From a virus: a DNA stretch of 64,000 nucleotides. Shown in pieces: positions 18,094 to 26,803 of this stretch. The position numbers were made by a program, and so were the translations under genes. Location of the stretch: IMG/VR virus record IMGVR_UViG_3300047496_000262, positions 15,849-79,848 of that record. One strand, 5' to 3'. The notes below the pieces were generated by a model. That model was not told the origin of the DNA. It worked only from the letters and a program-made list of their open reading frames with translations, and did no database searches. Within the stretch, counting starts at the first letter, position 1. Each line of letters opens with the position of its first letter.

Positions 18094-19304
18094 TCGACGG
18101 GGATGATGAGGGCTGGCGTGCGTCGGCGGGTAATGCTGCCGATCGTCTAAAACCGCTTCAGGGTTTTACCGGTGCGTCGTGGCATGGGCGCCAGCCGCCG
18201 CCCCGCGAGTGGTTTGTCGAGGATTGTTTTCCCAAGAACAATGTCGGGCTGGTGTCCGGCGATGGTGGTTTGGGGAAAAGCCTGCTGATGCACCAGCTTT
18301 GCATTGCGGCGTCGACCGGGCAACCATGGCTGGGGTTGCAGGTGGCGCGGTGCCGCTCGCTGGCGTTGTTCTGCGAGGATGACCCGGATGAGTTGGAGCG
18401 CCGGCACCATGCGATCTGCCGGTCGATGGGTGTCGAGGTGGCGGATACCGATGATTTCATGATGGTGAGCCGATCGGGTGAGGAATCGGTGCTGATGGAG
18501 TTTGACCGGAAGGATGACCGGGCGAAGCCGACCCGGTTTCTGGCCCAATTGGAGGATCTGATCTGGGATTGGGGTGCCCAGATCGTGATTCTGGACACCG
18601 CGGCGGATGTGTTCGGCGGGAATGAGATTGTGCGCAACCAGGTCCGCCGGTTTGTGATGCGGCTGAAGGCGATTGCGACGCGGATCAGTGGGATTGTGGT
18701 GCTGACCGCGCACCCTAGCGTGTCGGGCATGTCGAGCGGTTCGGGGATATCGGGGTCGACCGCGTGGAATAATTCGGTTCGCGCCCGGCTTTATCTGACG
18801 GCCCCGAAGGCGGCGTATGAGGATGACACGTCGGACCAGGACCGTGATGTCCGGGTGCTGAAGACGATGAAGATGAATTACGGCCCGGCGGGATCGAAGG
18901 TCCGGGTTCGGTATGTCGATGGGGCTTTCCAGCGGATTGAGGGGGAGGAGTATTCGGAGCCCGCGGCTGGTGATCGGCAGGTCTCCCCGTCCGGTCGGAT
19001 CGAGCGCCTGACCGCGGACCAGCAGATCTTGAAGGCGATGCGCGAGGTGATTGCCCGTGGCGGCAAGATCAGCCCGCTCAGCCGTGCGCGCACCGGGATC
19101 CATCTGGTGCTGCATGGCGAGGGGTTCTGCACCGATCTTAAGCCCGGGTATTTGCGGAGCTTCGTCGACCGCGGGCTGTCGGCGGGTTTACTCACCACGG
19201 TGGTCCTTGTCGATCGGGGGCGTCGTGAGCGCAGTTATATCCGCCCGTTGGACTGCCGATACCCCGAGGAGCCTCGCCCGGGCGATCTCCCGTCTTCTAC
19301 CTAA
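18090..19304 (+). CDS. RecA-family AAA_25 / RepA-like replicative helicase
   Basis: Walker A GDGGLGKS, CEDD, VILDT, AHPS, SGSTAWNNSVR and KMNYGP. Confidence 0.9.
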   Translation: MIDGDDEGWRASAGNAADRLKPLQGFTGASWHGRQPPPREWFVEDCFPKNNVGLVSGDGGLGKSLLMHQLCIAASTGQPWLGLQVARCRSLALFCEDDPDELERRHHAICRSMGVEVADTDDFMMVSRSGEESVLMEFDRKDDRAKPTRFLAQLEDLIWDWGAQIVILDTAADVFGGNEIVRNQVRRFVMRLKAIATRISGIVVLTAHPSVSGMSSGSGISGSTAWNNSVRARLYLTAPKAAYEDDTSDQDRDVRVLKTMKMNYGPAGSKVRVRYVDGAFQRIEGEEYSEPAAGDRQVSPSGRIERLTADQQILKAMREVIARGGKISPLSRARTGIHLVLHGEGFCTDLKPGYLRSFVDRGLSAGLLTTVVLVDRGRRERSYIRPLDCRYPEEPRPGDLPSST

Positions 19305-20200
19305 GATCTGCCGCGTTCACTCGGTGTCGCGTGCACGCACTCGCGCTCTCACTCGCACCCCGATCCGCGACAGCGCCGCAGAACGGTGCTAAGCCCATGA
19401 TTTTGCTTGCTCTCACTCGTGCGTTTTTGCGGCGCATAGATCGACGAGTGGGAGCGCCACCCAGCGCATAGCTCCACCAGCCGTTCTGCTCGCACTCGCG
19501 CTCCCACTCGCACTCATGTCATCGACAACGGTGCAGACCGCCGTTAACCCATTGATATCGTTTGCTCTCACTCGCGCTCCTTGTGCGCTGTCTACGAGCA
19601 TGCTCGGTATCTATCCAGCGCATGACGATGACACTTGACGGCGTATTTTTTTTGACCCCATCTCAGCAGCGCTCAGGTGGATAGACTAACCTCGACCCAT
19701 CTCAGCCCGGTCGTTCATACACACCTGTATCAAGACCATTTCCATACCCATTCCCCCAGAACCCTACATCCAGATGTGTTTACGCGACCCTTCTCGTAAA
19801 TGAGAAATTCCGCCCTTCCCAAAACGGTCTTTCGTTTTATGAGTGTGGCTTCAGGATTTTGACGCTCCCATAGAGAAAGGGCGATGTCGTAAGAAAAAGA
19901 TAAGTATAGAGATGTCGCAATCGAAGAATATACACCCATCCAAGCAGGCCTATACATAGAGATCCAGAAAACAATGCTTCAAATACCGTCAACAGACCTC
20001 AATATATGCAGGTCAGATCCAAAAATGCCAAAACGGTCTTTTGTATATCCGGAAAATGCCAAAACGGTACTTGTATGTTACCCGTAGGGGGCAGGGTTGG
20101 GTAATATTATTACCCACTTGTCGCGCTTACGCGGAATATATAAAAAATGGGGCGAAGGATCCAGAATCAGTCCACGATTCGCGTTGATGATAGAGATCTA
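19305..20200. other. non-coding putative replication origin (iteron-like repeats + AT-rich tract)
   Basis: Follows the primase-helicase genes. GCTC(T/C)CACTCG recurs four times within 19337-19580; AT-rich 19700-20200; AAAATGCCAAAACGGT at 20022 and 20053. Confidence 0.55.
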
Positions 20201-20399
20201 CCTTAGCTTCGAGGTCTGGATCTATGGCGGGCGGTAGCAACACCTCCCCCTACCCCCTCCACCCCGCGCTCGCTGGCGGGATCGGCGGAGCGGCGCTGGT
20301 GGCGCGCGCGGCTGGTAGGCGATCGCCGGCAGCGGCCAAGCGCTGGCAGCCGCGGCCCGCGCTCCGTCGGTCGCGGTGGGCCCGTTCCGCCGCGGCTAC

Positions 20400-20925
20400 A
20401 GGGTAGCAGGCGGCTGCAGCCTCGCCGTGCTGGCGACTGGCAGGATCAGGCCAGGGTGGCGCGGGCAGGCCTCGCGGTGCTGCCGACGGCTGGCCCAGCT
20501 CGCGCTGGCAGGATCAGGCCAGGGTGGCGCGGAATCGTAATAAATCGCATATGGCGTATTATGAAAAATGCTAAGGCATTGATATTGCGCGATTGCACGC
20601 GGAACGGGTGCGGCGACACACGCAAGGGTGCGAGAAATCAAGATATAGCGGGTGTCTAGGTGCTGATCGGAGCGGAGATGGTCGGATCAGCGGCTGGCGC
20701 AGCTCGCCTATCGGGTGGCGCAGGCCTCGCGGTGCTACCGATCAGGCCAGGGTGGAGCGGCTGGCGCTGGCGGGTGGCGGCAGGCGCTGGCGGGTGTCGC
20801 CGATCAGCGGCGGCAGGATCAGCGGCGGCACGGTCGGAGATAGAGCTGGCAGGCCTCGCGGTAGCGTCGCCTCGCGGTGCTACCGATCAGGCCAGGGTGG
20901 AGCGGCTGGCGCTGGCGGGTGGCGG
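20400..20925. repeat. mosaic GC-rich direct repeats including a perfect 57-bp duplication
   Basis: 20724-20780 is identical to 20869-20925; GATCAGGCCAGGGTGG x4; GCAGGCCTCGCGGT x3. Confidence 0.85.
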
Positions 20926-20935
20926 AGATGGTCGC

Positions 20936-20969
20936 AAAAAAAGAGGCCTGCCGATTATGGCAGGCCTCT
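20936..20969 (-). terminator. intrinsic terminator
   Basis: 11-bp stem AGAGGCCTGCC/GGCAGGCCTCT followed by a T-tract on the minus strand. Confidence 0.8.
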
Positions 20970-20990
20970 GATGTTAGGCGATGGTGGCGA

Positions 20991-21440
20991 CTAGCTGGCC
21001 TTGCGGAGCGTCGCTTTCGTCACAGGTGCCTCAGCGGCAGGTGCCGGCGCGGCAGGTGCCTCAGCGGCGGGTGCCGGCGCGGCAGGTGCTTCGACGATAG
21101 GCGTGCGGTAAGGTGCTTCAAATTCTTCTATCTTATCGCTGTACCATTTCACTTTCGCCGCATTCTCTTCTCTGTCCTTACGAGAGCGAGTCGCGTCATC
21201 GACGACGGCTTGGCAACGGGTGATGTGCGCGCGGTACGCGGCAATCGTGCCGCTGTGGGGATTCTTCACAGTGGAAGGCTTCGTAGCCGTGCTGGCTTGT
21301 GCCGTCGGCATGACGATCAGCAAAGAGCCGGGGAGGGAAGCGAAAGTGTAGGCGCGGGCGCCGACGATAGGCGATTTCACGCTTTCGATGTCGCTCGCGT
21401 CAAGGATGGCGCGAAGTGTGGAGGCGAGCAATTCAGACAT
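20991..21440 (-). CDS. hypothetical protein with C-terminal APAAPAPAAE repeats
   Basis: MSELLASTL..., AAAGGAAAC RBS; ends just before the terminator. Confidence 0.6.
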   Translation of the reverse strand: MSELLASTLRAILDASDIESVKSPIVGARAYTFASLPGSLLIVMPTAQASTATKPSTVKNPHSGTIAAYRAHITRCQAVVDDATRSRKDREENAAKVKWYSDKIEEFEAPYRTPIVEAPAAPAPAAEAPAAPAPAAEAPVTKATLRKAS

Positions 21441-21545
21441 GATGTTTCCTTTCAGATTGTGCCGGTGCAGGATGCAGCGGCTGGCTTCGTGCTGATCGCA
21501 CGCCACTAGGCTAGCTGTAAGGCCAGCCTAGAAGCCTGCGATCAG

Positions 21546-21773
21546 TCAGGCACGTCGATACGAAGGATCGAAATCGAACGCCTTGATGCCAGCCATACGC
21601 GCGCGGCTGTACTTGGCGCGCATGCCGCACAGGCGGAGCAAGGTAATCTCAGTCAGCGTGAGCGGGATTTCATACTTCGGCTGTGGCGCGGCCTTCGTGA
21701 TGCAGAAGGAGAGGGAAAGCCTGCCGATTTGGACGAAGCGCAAGCCGCCGACTTTGAATGTACGAAGGCGCAT
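21546..21773 (-). CDS. small hypothetical protein
   Basis: MRLRTFKVGGLRFVQIGRLSLSFC, AAAGGA RBS. Confidence 0.6.
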   Translation of the reverse strand: MRLRTFKVGGLRFVQIGRLSLSFCITKAAPQPKYEIPLTLTEITLLRLCGMRAKYSRARMAGIKAFDFDPSYRRA

Positions 21774-21842
21774 TGGATTATCCTTTCCTATTGGTTGCCG
21801 CTGCCGGGTGGTTAGCGGGATCAGCGTCTTGCCGATAACGAG

Positions 21843-21871
21843 AATGTACGCGATGAACGGATGGCAGTCAA
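21843..21871 (-). promoter_or_regulatory. sigma70-type promoter
   Basis: TTGACT-17 nt-TACATT. Confidence 0.7.
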
Positions 21872-21982
21872 TAGGAAATATCGACGGCAGGGAGATTATT
21901 ATATGGCGTGTCGATATCGCAGGGATGAAATCGACGTGCAATCAGCGCATAGCGCGGCGCAAGGTCATGCAAAGATCGCCAC

Positions 21983-22011
21983 TTGCGTTTACGCGAGTCG
22001 CGTGGTATAAT
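21983..22011 (+). promoter_or_regulatory. sigma70-type promoter upstream of the head module
   Basis: TTGCGT-17 nt-TATAAT; the spacer contains the inverted repeat ACGCGAgTCGCGT. Confidence 0.7.
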
Positions 22012-22273
22012 TAGAGGGGGGGTGCTTTGTTTGTGGGATTCGCGCGGCTGGCCTATACCATCCCCCGCAGTCACCAAACGCGAAAGGCGCCCGTGTCAGT
22101 GTCCATACTCTCATGGTGTTCAGTATTCGGCGCGTAATGGTGTTCCGCCTGAGCCCGTGTCGCTGTCCGGTCGATTGCGCGCCTTGGCATTTCCGGCCCC
22201 CGGTGGTTCCGCTTCTCGCTTGTGTGCGAAAAAAAAATTGACCTATAAAGGGGTGTCACGTTTGGAGGTTCCG

Positions 22274-23071
22274 ATGGCTGAGAATGGTGATTCTGCGAAT
22301 GAGCCGATGTTGTCGCGTCGGGCTGGATCGCCGGGTGGTGCGGTTTCGCTGACACAGGTGTTGGCGGCGGTTGAGCGGCATGCGGGATATTTGGCGGGTG
22401 CGTCGGATGATCTGCGGGTTCCGTATGGGGATTTGGTGCATTTTCTGGGGATGAATGGGTATTCGGAACGGTTTTTGGAGCGGTTTGAGGCGTACCGGGA
22501 GGAGGCTTGCGAGGCGGCGTTGTTTCGGCTGGTTAGGCAGGGCAATGCTGAGGCGGCGGTATTTTGGGCGGAACGGGCGGAACGGCGGGCTACTGGTTCG
22601 GTGACGGCGTCTGGTGATGCGTCGGGGGATTTGGCGGGGTTGCTGGAGGATGCGGCGCGGCGGGTGCCGGCGCTGGGGTGGAAGTTGTATGAGGCGCTGG
22701 GGCGGGTGCTGGACGAGGTCGATCCGGGGATGCGGGAGCGGCCGGATGGGTTGGCCCCGAGGGGGATGGCTGAGGCGGTGCAGGGGGCTGCGGATCCGGA
22801 GCGGGGGCAGGTTGCGTTGCCGGCGGTGTGGCATTTCTACTGCCCGGATGGGGAGGGGATCCTGGGTGTCCCGATGGGATGGTATGGCGAGGTGGCGTAC
22901 CGGAAGGCATCGGGTCTGATCCCCGAGCCGTTATCGTTGGAGGCGGGGCTGTCGTATCATCAGGGGGCGGTGATTAGGCTGTGCCGGTCGCATGATGGGT
23001 GGGTGCCGCGGTCGAAAGCGCAATTGCCGGAGATGACGCTACCGAAGAATTTGGTGTATATCGTTTCCTGA
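22274..23071 (+). CDS. TerS-like HTH paralogue with a C-terminal extension
   Basis: GGAGG RBS; residues ~25-100 align without gaps to the 7223-7576 protein (…EAALFRLVRQGNAEAAVFW vs …ETMLMQLVKKGNFPALCFY). Confidence 0.65.
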   Translation: MAENGDSANEPMLSRRAGSPGGAVSLTQVLAAVERHAGYLAGASDDLRVPYGDLVHFLGMNGYSERFLERFEAYREEACEAALFRLVRQGNAEAAVFWAERAERRATGSVTASGDASGDLAGLLEDAARRVPALGWKLYEALGRVLDEVDPGMRERPDGLAPRGMAEAVQGAADPERGQVALPAVWHFYCPDGEGILGVPMGWYGEVAYRKASGLIPEPLSLEAGLSYHQGAVIRLCRSHDGWVPRSKAQLPEMTLPKNLVYIVS

Positions 23072-23101
23072 CAGATCGGCCCCTAGACGAAGGCCCGCCC
23101 G

Positions 23102-24814
23102 TTGTTCAGGAAAATTTCGGCCAAGATTGAATATCCGCAATGGGCGAGGCGCGATGAGCGGTACCGCCGGCTGGATGTGCTTGACCGGTTGCTGGACGGG
23201 ACGTTTTACGACCATCTGCGGCATGCGTTTTACGATGAGACCGACCGGAAGGATCCCAAGGGTGAGATCATCGCCCTGGAGGACCGGCGGCCGTCGACGC
23301 AGTTCCGGTTGCCCCGGATGGTGGCGCGGCAGACCTCGCGGAAGCTCTTTTCCGGGCGGCACATTCCCCGCATCCGGCATAAGGACAAGAAGGCGGCCCG
23401 GGCGATTGAGCGGTTGCTGATTGATTGCCGGTTCTGGAGCAAGTTCCGCGAGGCGTGTTTGCGCGGGTCGGTCGGGTCCATCGCGATGACGTTCTGTGCG
23501 ACCGATGACGGATCGGTGGCGATCGACGTGTGGCAGGCCAAGTTCTGCCGGCCGATGTTCGACCGGCGGCAGGAACTGACCGGGTTGCGGGTGCATTACG
23601 TGACCCAAGGGTCGGAGCTTCGCGATCTGGGGATGAAGGTCGATAAGCCCGGTGACCAGTATTGGTACGTGAAGGATTATTACCCCGACCGCGAGGCGAC
23701 CTATGTGCCGGTGCCGGCGGGGGAGTGGAACCCGGTCGATGGGTTCAACGATCCGATGCGGGTCTTTGAGGTCCACTACGAGTGCGTGACCGATCTGGGC
23801 TTCGTGCCGGGCGTGTGGATCAGGAACCTGGAGACCGGGACCTTTCCCGACGGATCCTGCACCTGGGAAGATGCCATCCCCGATGCGATCGAACTGGATT
23901 ACACGCTGAGCCAGGTTGGCCGCGGGGTGCGGTATAATTCGGCACCGCAACTGGTGGTGACCGGCGAAATCCAGAACCATAACGATCAGGATGGGCCGGT
24001 GTTGCGCGGGCCGTCGACCTATATCCACCTGAACGCGGCCCGCAAGACCGATGGCGGCGACGATCAGGAAGGGGCCGGATCGGCGAAGCTGCTGGAGATG
24101 ACCGGTTCCGGCGTCGAGGCGGCGTTGAAGCTGGTGGAATCCTTGCGGAAATACGCCCTGGAGCAGATCGAGGCCTTTCGCAAGGATCCCGAACACATGA
24201 CCCGCGTCGTGTCCGGTCGGGCGATGGAGTTCCTGGACGAGGAATCCAACGATCTGGTGGCCGATCTCCGGTCCTGCTATGGCGAATATGGGGCCTTGCC
24301 GATGATCAAGAAGATCATCCAGGCCTTGCGCGTGATCGGCGGGTGCCCGCCCGAACTGATGACGCTTGACCTGAAAGGCATCTCGCTCCTCTGGCCCCGG
24401 CAGTTCCAGCCGACGCCGCAGGATTTGCAGATGATGATGCCGGCCATCGGCCAGGCCATGGATCCGTTGGGGATTGCGGCCAATATCGGCGGCGAAAACC
24501 GCACCGGCCCCGATGGCGGCCAGGGGCCCGACCCCGACAACGATGCAAGGCTGCTGAAGATGATCGAAGAGACCCAGTTGATCACCCGCGACGAAGCCAG
24601 GGCCTATCTGGCGGCGAACATGGATCTGGGTATCCTGGACGATCCCGAGGAAGGCGAGCCCGACGACGACCCCAGCGAGCGGCACGAGCCCGATCCCGAT
24701 GGCGACGGGCCACAGCCCAACCCGGTCGAAGAACCGGCCGACGGTTCGGATGAAGGCGGCGGCCAGTTGTTCGTGGGTGCCCCCGCCCCGGTGCGCGAAA
24801 GCGGCCGGACGTGA
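23102..24814 (+). CDS. portal protein
   Basis: 570 aa at the start of the head module; HDL-like LGFVPGVWIRNL, IELDYTLSQVGRG and SGRAME motifs (SPP1 gp6-like); acidic tail. Confidence 0.8.
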   Translation: MFRKISAKIEYPQWARRDERYRRLDVLDRLLDGTFYDHLRHAFYDETDRKDPKGEIIALEDRRPSTQFRLPRMVARQTSRKLFSGRHIPRIRHKDKKAARAIERLLIDCRFWSKFREACLRGSVGSIAMTFCATDDGSVAIDVWQAKFCRPMFDRRQELTGLRVHYVTQGSELRDLGMKVDKPGDQYWYVKDYYPDREATYVPVPAGEWNPVDGFNDPMRVFEVHYECVTDLGFVPGVWIRNLETGTFPDGSCTWEDAIPDAIELDYTLSQVGRGVRYNSAPQLVVTGEIQNHNDQDGPVLRGPSTYIHLNAARKTDGGDDQEGAGSAKLLEMTGSGVEAALKLVESLRKYALEQIEAFRKDPEHMTRVVSGRAMEFLDEESNDLVADLRSCYGEYGALPMIKKIIQALRVIGGCPPELMTLDLKGISLLWPRQFQPTPQDLQMMMPAIGQAMDPLGIAANIGGENRTGPDGGQGPDPDNDARLLKMIEETQLITRDEARAYLAANMDLGILDDPEEGEPDDDPSERHEPDPDGDGPQPNPVEEPADGSDEGGGQLFVGAPAPVRESGRT

Positions 24815-25272
24815 CCGTCATCGCCTATCGCGACGGCGTGCTGGCGACCGATTCGATGCAGGTGCAAGGGGCGCTGCGTGTCGGATTCCACAGCAAGATC
24901 GTCGAGGCCCCGGACGGCTCCATCGGCGCGGCGTCAGGCCTGGGCTCGGCCTGTCAGGCGTTCGGCAAATGGTTCCAGACCTGGAACGGGGATCACGACC
25001 ACGTCGCCAATCCGTTCACCGGCGGGAATGACTGGGCCGCGATGATCATCCGGCCCGATCTTTCCGTGTGGAACCTGGATAGCGACCTCCACTGGCATCT
25101 CTATCACGGCATGCGGTTCTATGCCGACGGCGAAGGCACCGCCCGCTGCATCGCCATCGGTGCCATGGAAATGGGGGCGACCGCGGAACAGGCGGTCCAA
25201 GCCGCCATCAGGCACAGCGTCCATGTCGGCGGGCCAGTCTGCTGGCGCAAAGTCAGCGAGGTGATGTTTTGA
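24811..25272 (+). CDS. Ntn-hydrolase (HslV/proteasome-beta-like) protein
   Basis: N-terminal (M)TVIAYRDGVLATDS, K at about position 29, AIGAMEMGATAEQAV.AAI...GGPV. Confidence 0.75.
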   Translation: MTVIAYRDGVLATDSMQVQGALRVGFHSKIVEAPDGSIGAASGLGSACQAFGKWFQTWNGDHDHVANPFTGGNDWAAMIIRPDLSVWNLDSDLHWHLYHGMRFYADGEGTARCIAIGAMEMGATAEQAVQAAIRHSVHVGGPVCWRKVSEVMF

Positions 25273-25676
25273 ACGATCCGCCCATCCTTACCCCCGTCCG
25301 CATCAACCTGCCGGTCCCGCTGATCGGCGGCAAGGCCTGGCTGCTGGAGAAAAAGGGCACCTATATCCTGGAGGAAGGCCCCGGCGTCTGCATCACCATC
25401 GCCTGCACCCATGCCGGCAGCGGGTCGATGATGTTCCGCGACGGGGTGCCCAACGATGCCGGGTTCTTCCCCGAGTTCGAGGAAGCCAGCGAGGCCGACA
25501 AGATCGCTGCCCCCGGCCGGATCTTCTATCGCGCCAACCCCATCGTCATGGGATCCTGGATGCTGAACGCCGGTTTCATGAACGGGCTGACCGTCGAATA
25601 CAAAGGCGGCCACGATTCCGCCCCCTGCTACGCCTCGATCGTCTGGCAGGCCTTCAAGCGCCGGCAACAGGGCTGA
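25269..25676 (+). CDS. hypothetical beta-rich protein (paralogue of 26204-26524)
   Basis: Coupled ORF; shares GR...GS(W/F).L.AG..NG..VE..G. Confidence 0.65.
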   Translation: MNDPPILTPVRINLPVPLIGGKAWLLEKKGTYILEEGPGVCITIACTHAGSGSMMFRDGVPNDAGFFPEFEEASEADKIAAPGRIFYRANPIVMGSWMLNAGFMNGLTVEYKGGHDSAPCYASIVWQAFKRRQQG

Positions 25677-25680
25677 CGCC

Positions 25681-25917
25681 GTGGCGGAACAGCCCAAGCT
25701 TTTGCGGATCCCGACCACGTTTCGATCGGTCGAAGACGTGCTGGAATGCGCCAAGAAGATGGATCTGCCGAACGTCGTGGTGCTGTCCGAGCGCGAAAAT
25801 GGCTCGCTGGTCATGCTGACGGACAATGTTTGCACCCTGGCCTCCTGCAACTGGCTGCTCGACCGCATGAAAATGGCGATGCTACTGCCCGACGCCCATC
25901 ATCGCACTGAGACCTGA
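25681..25917 (+). CDS. hypothetical protein
   Basis: 78-aa packed ORF. Confidence 0.6.
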   Translation: MAEQPKLLRIPTTFRSVEDVLECAKKMDLPNVVVLSERENGSLVMLTDNVCTLASCNWLLDRMKMAMLLPDAHHRTET

Positions 25918-25925
25918 GCGCGATC

Positions 25926-26207
25926 ATGCCCGCCACCACCAGGAAGAAGCTCCGCAGCCGCAAGGCCCATTACGTCTTCGTGCCGCTCGCCCTGATCAAG
26001 GATGGCCCGCCGCTGGGCTTCACCTCGTGGAAACAGCCGGGCGCCATCCTGCAATTCCTCCGCCAGCGCAAGATCGACGCCGAGGAGTTCGTCAACTGGA
26101 CCAAGGAGCGCATCGGCGGGGCCGGATCGCCCCATATCGGCTATCGGCTGTACTTCATCGGCCCCGAACCGACCGAAAAACAGCGCCAGCGGTTCCTGAC
26201 CCCGTGA
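25926..26207 (+). CDS. hypothetical protein
   Basis: 93-aa packed ORF. Confidence 0.6.
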   Translation: MPATTRKKLRSRKAHYVFVPLALIKDGPPLGFTSWKQPGAILQFLRQRKIDAEEFVNWTKERIGGAGSPHIGYRLYFIGPEPTEKQRQRFLTP

Positions 26208-26524
26208 TTCCCATCGTCGACATGATGGTGCCGTGCTGCCCAGGCTCGCTCACCCGGTCGGTGCAGATCGTGAAGGCGGGGAAATTCCGCATTTCCAGGC
26301 GGCATGCCGAGCTTTATTCGGTCCAGATCGTCTCATCGGGCTCGTGGGGCCGCGCCAGGGTGACCGACGCCCAGGGACGCGTCATCTGGTACCAGCCCTC
26401 CACCTTCACCGGCTCGTTTGCGCTGGGTGCAGGCTGCGAAAATGGCATCATCGTCGAATTATCCGGCACCAATGCCATGAATTTCACGATAAACTTCAGA
26501 GAACAAACCGAAGAGATGGTCTAA
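26204..26524 (+). CDS. hypothetical beta-rich protein (paralogue of 25269-25676)
   Basis: GTGA overlap start; see the paralogy noted above. Confidence 0.6.
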   Translation: MIPIVDMMVPCCPGSLTRSVQIVKAGKFRISRRHAELYSVQIVSSGSWGRARVTDAQGRVIWYQPSTFTGSFALGAGCENGIIVELSGTNAMNFTINFREQTEEMV

Positions 26525-26773
26525 ATGGCGAAAAACCCCAAATCAGGGCCGAAAGACCCGGTCCCGGTCGAAATCATCTCGCCGATCATCGGCACGATCT
26601 CGTATCTGTCGATTCCGGATGGAAATACCGTCGTCCAAGGCGAAGAAATCTGTCAGATTGAGTGCATGAAGACATTTTATCCTGTATATGCGCCAAAGGA
26701 CGGCAAACTGCGCTACCGGTTGATGCTGGGCGACATGGTTTCAGACGGCGAAGTGATTGCGGAAATCATCTAA
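26525..26773 (+). CDS. standalone biotinyl/lipoyl-attachment domain protein
   Basis: IISPIIGTI....GNTVVQGEEICQIECMKTFYPVYAPKDGKL....GDMVSDGEVIAEI matches the BCCP pattern with E-C-M-K. Confidence 0.85.
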   Translation: MAKNPKSGPKDPVPVEIISPIIGTISYLSIPDGNTVVQGEEICQIECMKTFYPVYAPKDGKLRYRLMLGDMVSDGEVIAEII

Positions 26774-26803
26774 ACCCGCCCCTAGCGGCGCCAAAGGACC
26801 CCA

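Noticed and set aside
20224-20994. ORFs within the GC-rich repeat patch
   Set aside because: The translations merely mirror the DNA repeats in several frames; no RBS or coding-like composition.
21983-22273. N-terminal 97 codons of the 362-aa ORF
   Set aside because: The TTG start is the -35 box of a promoter; the GGAGG-ATG at 22274 and the paralogue alignment support the later start.
23039-24685. 548-aa antisense ORF opposite the portal, and similar long antisense ORFs opposite the helicase, sheath, baseplate J and 53109 genes
   Set aside because: Shadow ORFs typical of high-GC coding DNA; the plus-strand frames carry the recognisable motifs.
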